DNA of 63,989 bases, the filler included, from Sandaracinaceae bacterium (GTDB lineage: Bacteria; Myxococcota_A; Polyangia; Polyangiales; JADJQN01): the NCBI GenBank assembly GCA_947483975.1. It is 5 parts of 5 records of this genome, joined end to end, with 100 filler letters (N's around TTAATTAATTAA, not from the genome) between each part and the next. Parts side by side here need not be neighbours in the genome. Positions count along the whole stretch, not along the records: positions 1 to 13,156 come from CANKOL010000122.1; positions 13,257 to 26,178 come from CANKOL010000124.1; 3 more parts are not named here. One strand, written 5' to 3'. Numbering within the stretch: the stretch's first letter is position 1; every line of letters starts with the position of its first letter. This document shows positions 10,901-19,699 of this stretch, one piece after another. The position numbers and the translations under genes are program-made. The notes under the pieces were generated by a model. That model saw nothing but the letters and a program-made list of their open reading frames with translations, searched no databases and was not told where the DNA came from.

Positions 10901-11010
10901 AGGGGTTGGTACGGGGTAACGGGGTCGGCATCGCCACGGTCGACGCATGCCTGACGGGTGTGTGTGGCAGTGTCGGGGCCCGGGCTTCTGCGGTGACTGT
11001 GACGCCGTAG
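4951..11010 (+). CDS. Giant lipoprotein with about 20 bacterial Ig-like (Big_2-type) repeats, Lig-like surface protein
   Basis: GGAGGA SD, signal peptide ending LAVMGC; recurring ATG.YSDGS..D[VI]T..[AV]TW.SS motif about every 90 aa; 2019 aa. Confidence 0.9.
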   Translation: MFTFRTSRALVVASLFTALAVMGCGSERALIAIQIDPPTGELHAGGGATLPLTATGVYDDGTRGIVTTKVTWTSSSSAVATVTSAGIVRAGNTSGTTRIVATSGDVKSPAATIVVLPSSEVVSVEVAPANATIPSGTHQVFTATARYLDGRNADVTLDSGWFSSNPAVALVGARGNTTAVAPGMTTITAGFGGRTGTATLNVTDATLVAIDLEPATATLPVGAWQTFTGMGRYSDGSVHDISSSLSWASLDEDVATIGSTGHATGVSAGTTTITGWLGGISGTATLTVTSATLVRVEVEPAAPPAVAVGRTFAFHATGVYSDGSAVDLTANPGLTWTSDNPAVASISIAAATAGVATALSVGTTHILAVYVNGAHTMQASPVTFAVMDAVLEQIEVTPTTATLPVGFELSFRATGRYSDGHADDITTLVTWSSGTVGTATISNAAGAKGVSTAIAAGTTTITATRDSITGSSVLTVSAARLVSISVSPPTTDVALGGARQFTASGRFDDGSTMSLTSRATWSVAPGDLGRGVTVSNATGRQGLATVAASAVPSATPVTLYATLGSVSGIAQLIVVGPRTLIGIVIDVDQPFIPVGLTAQATAHGIYSDGVHSPEVVEITQYVTWSPLIGGIVTVSNSAGTKGRIAAIARGRDKINACLGAVCADDPGGVGSAAEVEVTDCAFTSLEIYPNSTVDRQIPRGTSRQYRVYGVFGECGLTARRRGFELTELATWNSSNRAVFTVSNALGSRGFVSAMAAPPSLEADLTAMYEDLSATLGLSVIDACVDVLTVSPVAVTLPSGVRFQFSATARLTDGRSIGYTDSASWSDEEGRYVGVIGPGQVQTYLFGGAELITATALASPGCPTRTGTATVTVSDARLTSIDVQPTPVDVPVGGSTQLTATGSYTDGSTHDLTDLTSWTSANNAVATVSGGEVFGVAAGSVVILATQGTVSGTATVSVGGRAVESIEVVPDESFECGTFGDAYGTGTAMPFRAFAYYTDGSRPDDVTALATWGSSVSTIVSVTDGLAQMMSPGTANVTATFGGQTGLRRVDVVAATLRSIDVRPTPFRLPTEATRQFRAFGYYNATGFPSSERCEISSIVTWAALPVLSLTIDGNGLATTSAMPSLSATVTATRGATVGIARGVVVGTCVESINIRPIAASVPLGVTQQFLADAVLSDGSTFDITDEHSTAWSTASSTIATINSRGLATPRGAGTTTVTAVYSVGSASCAAAGAPLSATATLEVSPAALESIDVVCAVDQWGTAGEGIPAGIQTQCHAYGFYAGSGPMLSPAHHPIDLTDSVTWSSTLPAIASISDAVGSKGRVLGRTPGMTTMNATFGGITSGLPFHVLGATLAHVDVEPHYMSLPVGFTEQYGARGRYTLGSSSHSYEITELASWSSSAPTKATVSDAPGTRGEALTVAVTTTPVSIRATYQTVTGAASLSVNDATLRSIEVSARLRSLPIGLTQQYTAIGIYRDGAGPFWRDITDAVTWGTTNPAIAEITPEGVATAASVGLVAITAELGTSSGSLPLLVEDKCITSLELLPSAATVPANVPLGFQVIAHYSTGNPVAITNTAHFRSSDPARMLAPDAEGWTRSARGATPGTVTLSAWSSTSMCAGVDGAQAVVTITGATLNTIVLTSQDGLTVPVGLTRQLRANGYYSDGSSYDITRAVDSWITGSPLIASVSSAPPTQGLLTALSVGATPVVATQGTVSGTAMVTVGLATLTRLEAQGLRTLDGCNSPMETGSWTAAAFAHPAGGYQTRVRAIGYLSDGNTVDLTEHVTWSVSLPDRASVSNAPENQGAVLTGAAGAVELIATADNDLSDSITLNSAAGVLDRLELQRGGFDPIVLALGNSASLTLQGRFGGTYYCVTEDALYSSGEPNVASVSNVDGLHGVVQSLAVGTSFATASIGLVNDTILITVGNPTLSYVAVVPGAVTMRVGATSQLHAEAHYSDGTVNDVTYNTGTSWTSSNLGVAEVGAGAKGLVRGNGVGIATVDACLTGVCGSVGARASAVTVTP

Positions 11011-11042
11011 CGCTGCCTCGCACAGTTGGAAAAGGGGGGTAG

Positions 11043-11090
11043 TGGGCGGTCGGGTGGAGTGTTGTTCCACCCGACCGCCCATTGTTGTTT
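11043..11090 (+). terminator. Intrinsic terminator after the Ig-repeat gene
   Basis: 16-bp perfect stem TGGGCGGTCGGGTGGA/TCCACCCGACCGCCCA, 7-nt loop, followed by TTGTTGTTT. Confidence 0.75.
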
Positions 11091-11226
11091 GGAGCTCTTG
11101 GACCTGCCCATAGCCGCGGGGCCGAGTCGCAAGTCTCACGCCTCGTCACCGTGCGCCGCTATTGTGCATGGGTGTTGCGTGTCTATTTTGATTGTCGCCG
11201 GCCCGTGCCGACAGGGGGAGCAAATC

Positions 11227-11703
11227 ATGCGAATCGAAGAAGTGATGACTCGAAACGTGTTCTCGTGCGGGCCCGATGACACGGCAGCGAAGGCCGCCAA
11301 GGTCATGTGGGATCATGACTGTGGCTTCGTGCCGGTCGTCAATGAGAAGCGGATTCCAATCGGCGTGTTGACCGATCGAGACATCTGCATGGCCGCGTAC
11401 ACGCGCGGCAAGGCGCCGCACGAGCTGTCGGTGCGCTCGGTGATGTCGAACAGCGTGCGGATGTGCACGAAGAACGCGTCCGTCTCGAGCGTCGAGCACC
11501 TGATGGCCGAGGCTCAGGTGAGGCGCCTGCCGGTGGTGGACGACGCGGGAACGCTGATCGGCATCGTGTCTCTGAGCGACCTCGCGCGAGGCCGCGACCG
11601 CTCGGCGAAGGATCGAGTCACCGAGCACATCTTCGCCGACGTCGCCAAGACGCTGGCGGCGATCTCCAAGCCACACTCGTCGGCGAGCCTGCCCGCGGAG
11701 TGA
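11227..11703 (+). CDS. CBS domain-containing protein
   Basis: MRIEEVMTRNV, CGFVPVV...GVLTDRDI, QVRRLPVVD...GIVSLSDL; GGGGGAG SD. Confidence 0.92.
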   Translation: MRIEEVMTRNVFSCGPDDTAAKAAKVMWDHDCGFVPVVNEKRIPIGVLTDRDICMAAYTRGKAPHELSVRSVMSNSVRMCTKNASVSSVEHLMAEAQVRRLPVVDDAGTLIGIVSLSDLARGRDRSAKDRVTEHIFADVAKTLAAISKPHSSASLPAE

Positions 11704-11879
11704 CGTTGGCCGAGCCCGGCGCGCCGAGAGGTCGTGCCGGGCTCGCGGTGGCCGGTCGTGTGGACGCGTGTTGCGCCTCGAACCACCCACACTTGCGAGA
11801 GGCCAGGGATCGTGCACGAACGTCGCGCGCGATCTCTGGCCTCTCTTTGACTACCAACGTTTGCTCGCGGACCCGTCGC

Positions 11880-12341
11880 TCAGTGGATCTTCACCTCGAG
11901 CGACGGAGTCTGCTTACTCGGCATCTTCGGGACGATGATGTTCAGCACGCCGTCCTTGAAAGCTGCGTCGAGCTTGGCCGAGTCGACGTCCTCCGGGAGG
12001 GTGAAGCGGCGGAGGAACTTGCCGTAGAACGACTCCATCCGATGGTAGGTCGTCCCCTTCTCTTCCTTCTCCTGCTTGCGCTCGCCCTCGATGGTCAGGA
12101 CGGCGCCCTCGAGTCGGACGTGCACGTCCTCGCGCCTCACCTGCGGGAGCTCGACGTTCACGGCGTAGTGCTTGTCGGTCTCGGAGATGTTCACCGAGGG
12201 GGACCAGTCCGCCATGTAGGGAGCGACGTCGCCGCCGGTCGGCGGGGTCGGTCTGCTCATCATGCGGCCGAGGCGAGTCGACATCTCCTCGAACTCGCGG
12301 AATGGATCCCAGGTGCGGTTTTCCCAGCGTACGATGGCCAT
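11880..12341 (-). CDS. Hsp20/alpha-crystallin small heat shock protein
   Basis: WDPFREFEEM, WSPSVNISET, YHRMESFYGKFLRRFTLP, AAFKDGVLNIIVPK. Confidence 0.95.
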   Translation of the reverse strand: MAIVRWENRTWDPFREFEEMSTRLGRMMSRPTPPTGGDVAPYMADWSPSVNISETDKHYAVNVELPQVRREDVHVRLEGAVLTIEGERKQEKEEKGTTYHRMESFYGKFLRRFTLPEDVDSAKLDAAFKDGVLNIIVPKMPSKQTPSLEVKIH

Positions 12342-12592
12342 TTGCAATCCCCCGTTCGATTCTGCCGCACGAGATGCGCGACGCCAGCTGTCTGTATGCA
12401 CGGTGTTTCGGAATGCAACCCACGGAGTTGGTAGTCGGCGGGGGCGCGTGCCGTGTCGAGGTGCGAAGAGCGCCACCGAGAGGCGCTCTTCTCGAGGCGC
12501 GGAGCAGTGGAGTCTGAATAGTCCTGATGGACTCCGTCGCTCGCAGCGGGGGGCGGAGAAATACGGCCGCTGACGGGGGGCTAGGTAGCCAT

Positions 12593-13156
12593 TCAGCGCG
12601 CGTCGAGGTCGGCGGTGAGGGTGAACTCGCCGCCGCGTCCCGCGGTCAGATGAGCGCCCTCCGCGAGCTGGCGAAAGACCAGGGCTACGCACGTGCTCAC
12701 CTGGGCCTCATTGGGTGTCGACGGACTCGGGAATCCGACCCCGAGCCGCCCTCCCGCGCTGCCGTTGCCGAGGACGAGGAACTGAACGCTCGCGCGCGAC
12801 GGGCGTCCCGGCACGCGGCATCGGTCGAAGCGGCCGAGCCTGTCGGTCGCGAGGGCGCGGATGGTGGACAGATCGAGCTCCGTGCCGGGCATCGCCCGCG
12901 GCGGAAGGAACCGGACGCCCTGGCCAAAGGGGACCTGGACGCGGACCTGCTCTGGTCGCGCTTCCGGCGCCGGCGTCAGGGCCTCTGCGTCGGCCGGGGC
13001 GACGTGGTTCGAGCTCCGCGCGCTCGCTCGCGTTGACGGGACGGGAGGCGGTGCGGCGGTCGGCCGCACAGCAGCCGCGGGCAGTGCACCGGCGGGCAGT
13101 GCACCGGCGGGCAGTGCACCGGCGGGCAGTGCACCGGCGGGCGGTGCACCGGCGGG
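12593..13156 (-). CDS. Partial protein (5' truncated) with PAGAL repeats and a possible AgmX/PglI-like C-terminal domain
   Basis: Frame open to contig end; Pro/Ala linker then RFDRC...VQFLVLGNG...VSTCVALVFRQL. Confidence 0.5.
   Translation of the reverse strand, partial: PAGAPPAGALPAGALPAGALPAGALPAAAVRPTAAPPPVPSTRASARSSNHVAPADAEALTPAPEARPEQVRVQVPFGQGVRFLPPRAMPGTELDLSTIRALATDRLGRFDRCRVPGRPSRASVQFLVLGNGSAGGRLGVGFPSPSTPNEAQVSTCVALVFRQLAEGAHLTAGRGGEFTLTADLDAR
13079..13156. repeat. 15-bp tandem repeat x5 at contig end
   Basis: GCAGTGCACCGGCGG repeated; encodes PAGAL on minus strand; probable cause of the assembly break. Confidence 0.9.
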
Positions 13157-13256
13157 NNNNNNNNNNNNNNNNNNNNNNNNNNNNNNNNNNNNNNNNNNNN
13201 TTAATTAATTAANNNNNNNNNNNNNNNNNNNNNNNNNNNNNNNNNNNNNNNNNNNN
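13157..13256. other. Artificial contig linker
   Basis: N44-TTAATTAATTAA-N44. Confidence 0.99.
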
Positions 13257-15330
13257 CTCCATAGAGGCGCCGCACGATGGCCTCGACGCGCGCGCGCGCC
13301 GCCGCGTCCGGCGCGCGATTCCAGAAGAAGCCGAGCACGTCGAGCGGCGCCATCGCGATGGGCGGCGAGGCGTCGCGCGCGAGCGGTTCGAGCGCGGCGA
13401 GCGCAGGCACAGGCGCGAGCGAGCCGCTCTCCGTCGCCGCGAGCACGCCGTCGGCGAGCGACGCCCGCTCGCGCATCGTCAGGTGCGTCAGCCCGCGCGT
13501 CCGCAGCTGCGCGAGCGCCGCGTCGTCGAGCAGCCCTTGGTAATATCCGCCCCCGCCCGCGTTCGGCGTGACCCACTCCGGGCAGCCGCCCGCGAGGGCC
13601 GGCAACGCGAGCGTCCCGTGCGCCTCGGTCAGCAGCGTGCACGCCTCTTGCGCGACGGCCCCGCGCCCGTAGCGCACGCAGACCGGCACCTGCCAGACAG
13701 CCGCGCGCGTCGCCGTCGAGCCGATCGGCAGCCAGCGCGCCTGCGCGAGCGCGAGCGAGCCGACGCCCTCCGCGCACGACAGCGTCATCGACACCGCCGG
13801 CGCGCCGACCTGATCGAGGAAAGTCCCGAACGGCGTGCGCACGTTGCGCCCCGACGCGCCCGAGAGCGCCGCGAGCAGATCGTGCGCCGTCGCCGTGCCG
13901 AAGCGATGCGCCGCGAGGTGCGCGCGCACTCCGTCGCGGAACACCGTCTCGCCGAGCCAGCGCTCGAACATCCCGATCACCGCGCCGCCCTTCGAGTAGG
14001 TGATCCCATCGAACGCCGCCGCGATGTCGTGCGGGCTCTGGATCGGCTGCCGGATGCGCCGCGCGCTCTCGCGAGAGTCGTCGTGCATCGCGCCGCGCCA
14101 CTCCTCGATCCGCATCTCGTCGGCGCCGAGCTCCGGCGCGACCTCCGCGACGATGCGCGAGGCGATCCACGTCGCGAACCCCTCGTTCAGCCAGAGGTCA
14201 TCCCACCACGCCATCGTGACGAGGTTGCCGAACCACTGGTGCGAGAGCTCGTGCGCGATCGTGTTCTCGGACCAGCGACGCTGCGCCTCGGGCGCGCTCG
14301 CGCCGTCGACGAACAAGAGCCACTCCTGAAACATGATCAGCCCCGCGTTCTCCATCGCGCCGGGGAAGTCGTCGATCGCGACGAAGTCGAGCTTCGAGTA
14401 CGGATACGGAGTGCCGAAGTAGCGCTCGAGCGCGGCGATGATCGCCGGCACGCGCGACATCGAGTACGCGAGCTTCACGCCTCGACCGCGCATCGCGAGC
14501 CCGCGGAAGGCGAGCGGCTGCGGGCGCACGTCGTTCGCGGGGATGGGCGGCGCCTCGACCACGTCGAGCGGCCCGACGGCGAAGGCGACGAGGTACGTCG
14601 GCAGCGGCAGCGTCGGCGCGAAGACGACCGTGCGCTTGCCCTCGCCCGCCGGGCCCTCCGACGCGACCTGCGCGTTCGACACGGCGACGTCGCCCTGCGC
14701 GACGGTCAGGCTGAGCGTGAACGGCACCTTGAACGCCGGCTCGTCGAAGCCCGGGAACCCGCTGCGCGCGCTGATCGGCTCGAACTGCGTGAACACATAC
14801 GAGTCGGCGCCGCGCGTCACCTTGAAGACGCCGTCCCCGCCGTCGAGGAACGGCGCGCTCCAGCGGAGCGAGAGCTGCGCGGGGCCCGCCGGGACGTCGC
14901 ACGGGAACGTCAGGCGCGCGACGCCGGTGTCGTCCACCTGCTCGTAGCGCCCCTGCTGCGTGACGCCGCCCGCCTCGATCGACACCGCCGTGACGTCGAG
15001 CCCCTTGCCGTGCAGCCAGAGCGCGCGGCGCGGGTGATGGACCTCGAGCGCGATGGTCTCGCTCCCCGCAAAGCGCGCGACGCGCGGGTCGACGTCGAGC
15101 GCGAGCGTCACCGCCGTCGGCACGACCTCCTCGCCGAGGCGACCGAGGGGCGGCGGCTCCGCGAGCGTGCCGAAGCCCGGCGACGTCTCCGCGCAGGCGG
15201 GGAGCACCGGAGCGGCGACGGGACCCGTCGGGTGCGCCACGGGCACGACCGAGGTCGCGCCACCACACGCGGAAAACAGCGCGACGGCGAGAAAGGACGC
15301 GGACGAGCGGGCGAGTGAGCGCGGCGACAT
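13257..15330 (-). CDS. M1 family aminopeptidase lipoprotein (3' truncated)
   Basis: GAMEN and HELSH...NEGFA zinc motifs; lipobox LFSAC after ATG 15330. Confidence 0.93.
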
Positions 15331-15396
15331 ACGGCCTTTGTAGACCAGTCGGGCGCCGAGCCTCCGAAGAAACGCCCGCGCGCTATCCTGCCCGCC

Positions 15397-16065
15397 ATGC
15401 TGACGCCCTTCGCCGACGACGTCTGGGTCGCGACCCGCGAGGCGAAGTTCCTGCACCTCGAGACGGGCACGCGCATGACCATCGTGCGGCTCTCGGACGG
15501 CGGGCTCTTCGTGCACTCGCCCGTCCCGCTCGATGCCGACACACGCCGCGCCGTCGACGCGCTCGGCGAGGTGCGGGCGGTCGTAGCGCCGAGCATCTTC
15601 CATCACCTGAGCGTCGGCGAGTGGCAGCGCGCCTATCCACGCGCGGTGTTCGGCGCGTGTCCCGGGCTCGAGTGGAAGCGCGCCGATCTCGCGTTCGACT
15701 GCGTCCTCGCCGACGAGCCTCGCGCGGAGTGGTCGCGCGACCTCGCGCAGGTCTACTTCTCGGCGCGCCGCGAGAACGAGGTCGTCTTCTTCCACCCCAA
15801 GAGCCGCACGCTGATCTGCTCGGACGCGATGCTCAACCTCTCCGCGCATCCCGCGGCGACGACGCGCCTCGTCGCGCGCCTGACGGGCAACACCGCGCCC
15901 GGCTACGGCTGGCCCGAGCGCTTCATGATCCGCGACCGCAGGCTCGCGCGCCGGCAGGTGGATCGGCTGCTCGAGTGGGACGCCGACAAGGTCGTGCTCG
16001 CCCACGGAACGCTCGTCGACGGCGACGGACGCGAGGTCCTGCGGCGCGCCTACGCGTGGCTCTGA
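15397..16065 (+). CDS. DUF4336 family protein
   Basis: TRMTIVRLSDGGLFVHSPV, APSIFHHL, EVVFFHPKSRTLICSD, VVLAHG. Confidence 0.85.
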   Translation: MLTPFADDVWVATREAKFLHLETGTRMTIVRLSDGGLFVHSPVPLDADTRRAVDALGEVRAVVAPSIFHHLSVGEWQRAYPRAVFGACPGLEWKRADLAFDCVLADEPRAEWSRDLAQVYFSARRENEVVFFHPKSRTLICSDAMLNLSAHPAATTRLVARLTGNTAPGYGWPERFMIRDRRLARRQVDRLLEWDADKVVLAHGTLVDGDGREVLRRAYAWL

Positions 16066-16142
16066 GCGGCGCACTTCGCCCGGCCCCCGCGTAGCCTCGA
16101 GCGCCGCCTTGCGCCTCTGGTGCGTGCGCTACATTCGGCCGC

Positions 16143-18266
16143 GTGAACCACGCGCTCGACTGCCTGTTTCGTCCCCGCTCGATCGCCGTCGTCGGGGCCT
16201 CGCGCACCCGCGGCACGCTCGGCGCGGAGATCTTTCACAACCTCGTCAGCAACGGCTTCTCGGGGCCGGTCTATCCCGTCAATCCGGGGGCGGCGTCGGT
16301 GCAGTCGGTGCGCGCCTTCGGCACGGTCCTCGAGATCCCCGACCCCGTCGATCTCGCGATCCTCGTCGTGCCGCAGAAGCGCGTGCTGCCCGCGGTCGAG
16401 GACTGCGGCCGCAAGGGCGTGCGCGGCGTCGTCGTGATCAGCGCGGGCTTCGGCGAGACGGGCCTCGCGGGGCGCGCCCTCCAAGACGAGCTGATGGCGC
16501 GCGTGCACGCGCACGGGATGCGGCTGATCGGGCCGAATTGCTTGGGAATTCTCAACACCGACCCGGCCATCTCGATGGACGCGACCTTCGCGCCGACTTG
16601 GCCGCCGCACGGGGGAGTGTCGCTCTCCTCGCAGTCGGGCGCGCTCGGGGTCGCGATCTTGGACCGCGCGCGCGACCTCGGGATCGGCATCTCGCAGTTC
16701 GCGAGCATCGGCAACAAGGCGGACGTCTCGGGCAACGATCTCCTCGAGTACTGGGAGTCCGACCCCGCGACGCGCGTGATCCTGATGTACATGGAGAGCT
16801 TCGGGAACCCGCGCCGCTTCTGGCAGATCGCGCGCCGCGTCGGGCGCACGAAGCCGATCGCCGTGGTCAAGAGCGGGCGCACGGCCGCGGGCGCGCGCGC
16901 GGCGAGCTCACACACGGGCGCCCTCGCGGGGCTCGACGTCGCGGTGGACGCGCTGCTCGGGCAGGCGGGCGTCATCCGCACGGACACGATCGAGCAGCTC
17001 TTCGACGTCGCGATCCTGCTGGCCAACCAGCCCGTCGCCGCGGGCCATCGCGTCGCGATCCTCACGAACGCGGGCGGCCCCGGCATCATGGCGACCGACG
17101 CCTGCGAGAGCCGCGGGCTGCAGCTCCCCGCGCTCGCGCCGCACACCGAGGCCGCGCTGCGCGCCCTGCTCCCGCCCGAGGCGTCGCTCCGCAACCCCGT
17201 CGACATGATCGCGAGCGCGAGCGCGCCGACCTACGAGGCGGCGCTGCGCCTGCTGATCGCGGACCCGAACGTGGACTCGGTGATCGTGCTCTTCGTGCCG
17301 CCCGTCGTCACCGAGGCGACGGCCGTCGCGGAGGCGATCCGGCGCGGCGGCGCGGGCTCTCCGAAGCCCGTGCTCACCTGCTTCATGGGCACGCACGGTG
17401 TGCCGCCCGCGCTCTCGTCGCTGCGCGAGGGGCGCTTCCCCTCGTACGCGTTCCCGGAAGCCGCCGCGATCGCGCTCTCGCGCTCGGTCGCCTATGGCCG
17501 CTGGCTCGCGCGCCCCGAGGGCACGGTCCCCGCGCTCGACGACGTCTCCTCGGCTCGCGCGCGCGCCGCGATCGGCCCGGCGCGCGGCGAGCCCACGGGG
17601 CGCTGGCTCGAGCCGGAGCAGGTGCGCGAGGTGCTGGCTGCGTACGGCCTGCGCACGCCGCGCGGCATCGTCGCGCGCGATGAGGACGCGGCGGCGCGGG
17701 CGGCCGAGGGGCTCGAGCGCCCGGTCGCGGTGAAGCTGATGTCCGCGACGATCACCCACAAGACCGACGTCGGGGGCGTCGTGCTCGACGTGCGCGGGGG
17801 CCCGGCCGCCGCGAACGCGTTCCGCACGATCCGCGACCGCCTCACCGAGCGCGGGCTCGAGGGCGAGATGTCCGGCGTGCTCGTGCAGGAGATGTTCAGC
17901 TCCGGCGTCGAGACCTTCGTCGGCGTGACGCAAGACCCTGTCTTCGGCCCGCTGATCGGGTTCGGGCTCGGCGGCGTCAACGTCGAGGTCTGGAAGGACG
18001 TCGTCTTCCGCGTGCACCCGATCACCGACGAGGACGCCCGCGACATGATCGCGCAGGTGCGCGGCGGCAAGCTCCTCGACGGCTTCCGCGGCGCGCCGCC
18101 GGCCGACCGCGTCGCGCTCGTCGACGCGCTGATGCGCGTGAGCCGGATGCTCGCGGACCTGCCCGAGCTGCTCGAGATGGACATCAACCCGCTCCTCGCC
18201 CTCGGGCCCGGCGAGGGGACGGTCGCCGTCGACGCGCGCATCCGCGTGCGCGACTCGCTCACCTGA
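16143..18266 (+). CDS. Acetate/acyl-CoA ligase (ADP-forming), fused alpha-beta
   Basis: PRSIAVVGAS, GPNCLG, SQSGA, ASSHTGALAG (His retained), TNAGGPG, HKTDVGGV ATP-grasp, DINPL. Confidence 0.92.
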   Translation: MNHALDCLFRPRSIAVVGASRTRGTLGAEIFHNLVSNGFSGPVYPVNPGAASVQSVRAFGTVLEIPDPVDLAILVVPQKRVLPAVEDCGRKGVRGVVVISAGFGETGLAGRALQDELMARVHAHGMRLIGPNCLGILNTDPAISMDATFAPTWPPHGGVSLSSQSGALGVAILDRARDLGIGISQFASIGNKADVSGNDLLEYWESDPATRVILMYMESFGNPRRFWQIARRVGRTKPIAVVKSGRTAAGARAASSHTGALAGLDVAVDALLGQAGVIRTDTIEQLFDVAILLANQPVAAGHRVAILTNAGGPGIMATDACESRGLQLPALAPHTEAALRALLPPEASLRNPVDMIASASAPTYEAALRLLIADPNVDSVIVLFVPPVVTEATAVAEAIRRGGAGSPKPVLTCFMGTHGVPPALSSLREGRFPSYAFPEAAAIALSRSVAYGRWLARPEGTVPALDDVSSARARAAIGPARGEPTGRWLEPEQVREVLAAYGLRTPRGIVARDEDAAARAAEGLERPVAVKLMSATITHKTDVGGVVLDVRGGPAAANAFRTIRDRLTERGLEGEMSGVLVQEMFSSGVETFVGVTQDPVFGPLIGFGLGGVNVEVWKDVVFRVHPITDEDARDMIAQVRGGKLLDGFRGAPPADRVALVDALMRVSRMLADLPELLEMDINPLLALGPGEGTVAVDARIRVRDSLT

Positions 18267-18310
18267 GCGGAGCGCGCACGGACGCGGCGCTCAGCGAGCG
18301 AGCGCCGTCG

Positions 18311-18973
18311 TCACTTGAAGCGCACGCGCTGCGCCTTCGCCTTCTTGCGCTCCGCGGGCGTGCCGACTTTGTACTCGGCCTCGTAGTAGGGCTGCTTCGT
18401 GCCGCCGAGGCGGCTGCCGGCGACCTTCTTGAACGTCACGCCGGCGGTCGGGCGGAGCGCCTTCACGGCGTCGGGCGTCACGAAGATCTCGTACGGCCCG
18501 GCGAGGTCCTCGCCGAGCTTCGCGGCGAAGTTCACCTCGACGCCGAAGACATCCTCGTCGCCGAGCTTGAGGATGTCGCCGTAGCCGAGGCCGCAGCCGA
18601 GGTAGAGGCGGTCGGGCTCGGGCACCTCGGCGTTGTGCGCGTGGAGCACGCGCTGCGCCTCGACGCACGCGGCGAGCGCCGCCCGCGGGTCGCGAAAGAG
18701 CACGAGCTGCGAGTCGGCGATGTTCTTCAGGATGAAGCCCGCGTGCTCCTCGAAGACGGGCGTCGTCAGCTTGTGCAGCTGATGGATCAGCACGAGAAAC
18801 GGCACGATCCCCGTGCGCGCCGCGCGCCGCGAGAAGCCGGCCATGTCGGTGAAGACGATGCACCAGCGCTCGCCGAACATCTGCCAGATGCGCGCGTCGA
18901 GGGCCTCGTGATCGGCGCCCTCGGCGAGCCGCTGCTCGATCAGGCTGGAGAGCGTTTCTGAAGATCGTCCCAT
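18311..18973 (-). CDS. Class III adenylate/guanylate cyclase domain protein
   Basis: VFTDMAGFS, KNIADS, GLGYG, DVFGVEVNFAAKL. Confidence 0.85.
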   Translation of the reverse strand: MGRSSETLSSLIEQRLAEGADHEALDARIWQMFGERWCIVFTDMAGFSRRAARTGIVPFLVLIHQLHKLTTPVFEEHAGFILKNIADSQLVLFRDPRAALAACVEAQRVLHAHNAEVPEPDRLYLGCGLGYGDILKLGDEDVFGVEVNFAAKLGEDLAGPYEIFVTPDAVKALRPTAGVTFKKVAGSRLGGTKQPYYEAEYKVGTPAERKKAKAQRVRFK

Positions 18974-19209
18974 GAGTCGTTCGTCTCCTGTCTATTCCGA
19001 CTCGGCCGCGAGCGCGGCGAGCGAGCGCGCTTGTGCGGCGACCGTGTTTCCCGTGGCACCCGGCGAGGCGGCGCTCGGCTCAGTCCCCATGGCGAGCGAT
19101 GCTAGATCGTCGCGGTGGCCCGCGGCTATGCCGATGAGCCGGGCGAGCACGCGGGGCATTCCATCAGACGGGCGGCTGGTGTATGGGGGGACTCCGGGAG
19201 GAGCCAGCC

Positions 19210-19695
19210 ATGAGTATGTTCGGTGGACAGAACGATGCGCAGACCGAGTTCAATCGCGCGGTGAAGGTAGTCGAGGGGACGCTCACGGCGCTCGGGCTCG
19301 ACCCGAGCCAGTCGCGCCTCGCCACGACCGATGGCTCGACCGCCTTCACGCTGCTCCGCGGCAGCGCCGAGGTGCTGGTGTTCCTCAACCCCGCGAAGAA
19401 CGACGGCCCGAACTTCATCCGCATCGTCTCGCCGATCTGGCGAATGCCCGCGGAGAATCAGCCGCTGATCCTGCGCAAGCTGCTCGAGATGAACGCGCGC
19501 GACCTCTTCGGCACGGCGTTCGGGCTGATGGGTGACGACACCGTGCTCATCTCGGAGCGCTCGACGAAGGACATGGACCGCAGCGAGGTCGAGGAGATCC
19601 TGCAGAACCTCGGCGCCGCGGCGGACTACTTCGACGACTGGCTCGTGCAGCAGTTCGGCGGCACTCGCCTCGCGGATCTGCGCGCCGTCGTCTGA
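19210..19695 (+). CDS. YbjN/CesT-like chaperone-fold protein
   Basis: RGSAEVLVFL...LRKLLEMNA...AFGL...ADYFDDWLVQQFGG; GGAGGAG SD. Confidence 0.75.
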   Translation: MSMFGGQNDAQTEFNRAVKVVEGTLTALGLDPSQSRLATTDGSTAFTLLRGSAEVLVFLNPAKNDGPNFIRIVSPIWRMPAENQPLILRKLLEMNARDLFGTAFGLMGDDTVLISERSTKDMDRSEVEEILQNLGAAADYFDDWLVQQFGGTRLADLRAVV

Positions 19696-19699
19696 GCGC

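Noticed and set aside
7054..11139. 1361-aa antisense ORF and many other long Arg/Ala/Pro-rich ORFs (e.g. 20422-23571, 688-2715)
   Set aside because: Shadow ORFs expected at this GC content, overlapping genes with clear motifs
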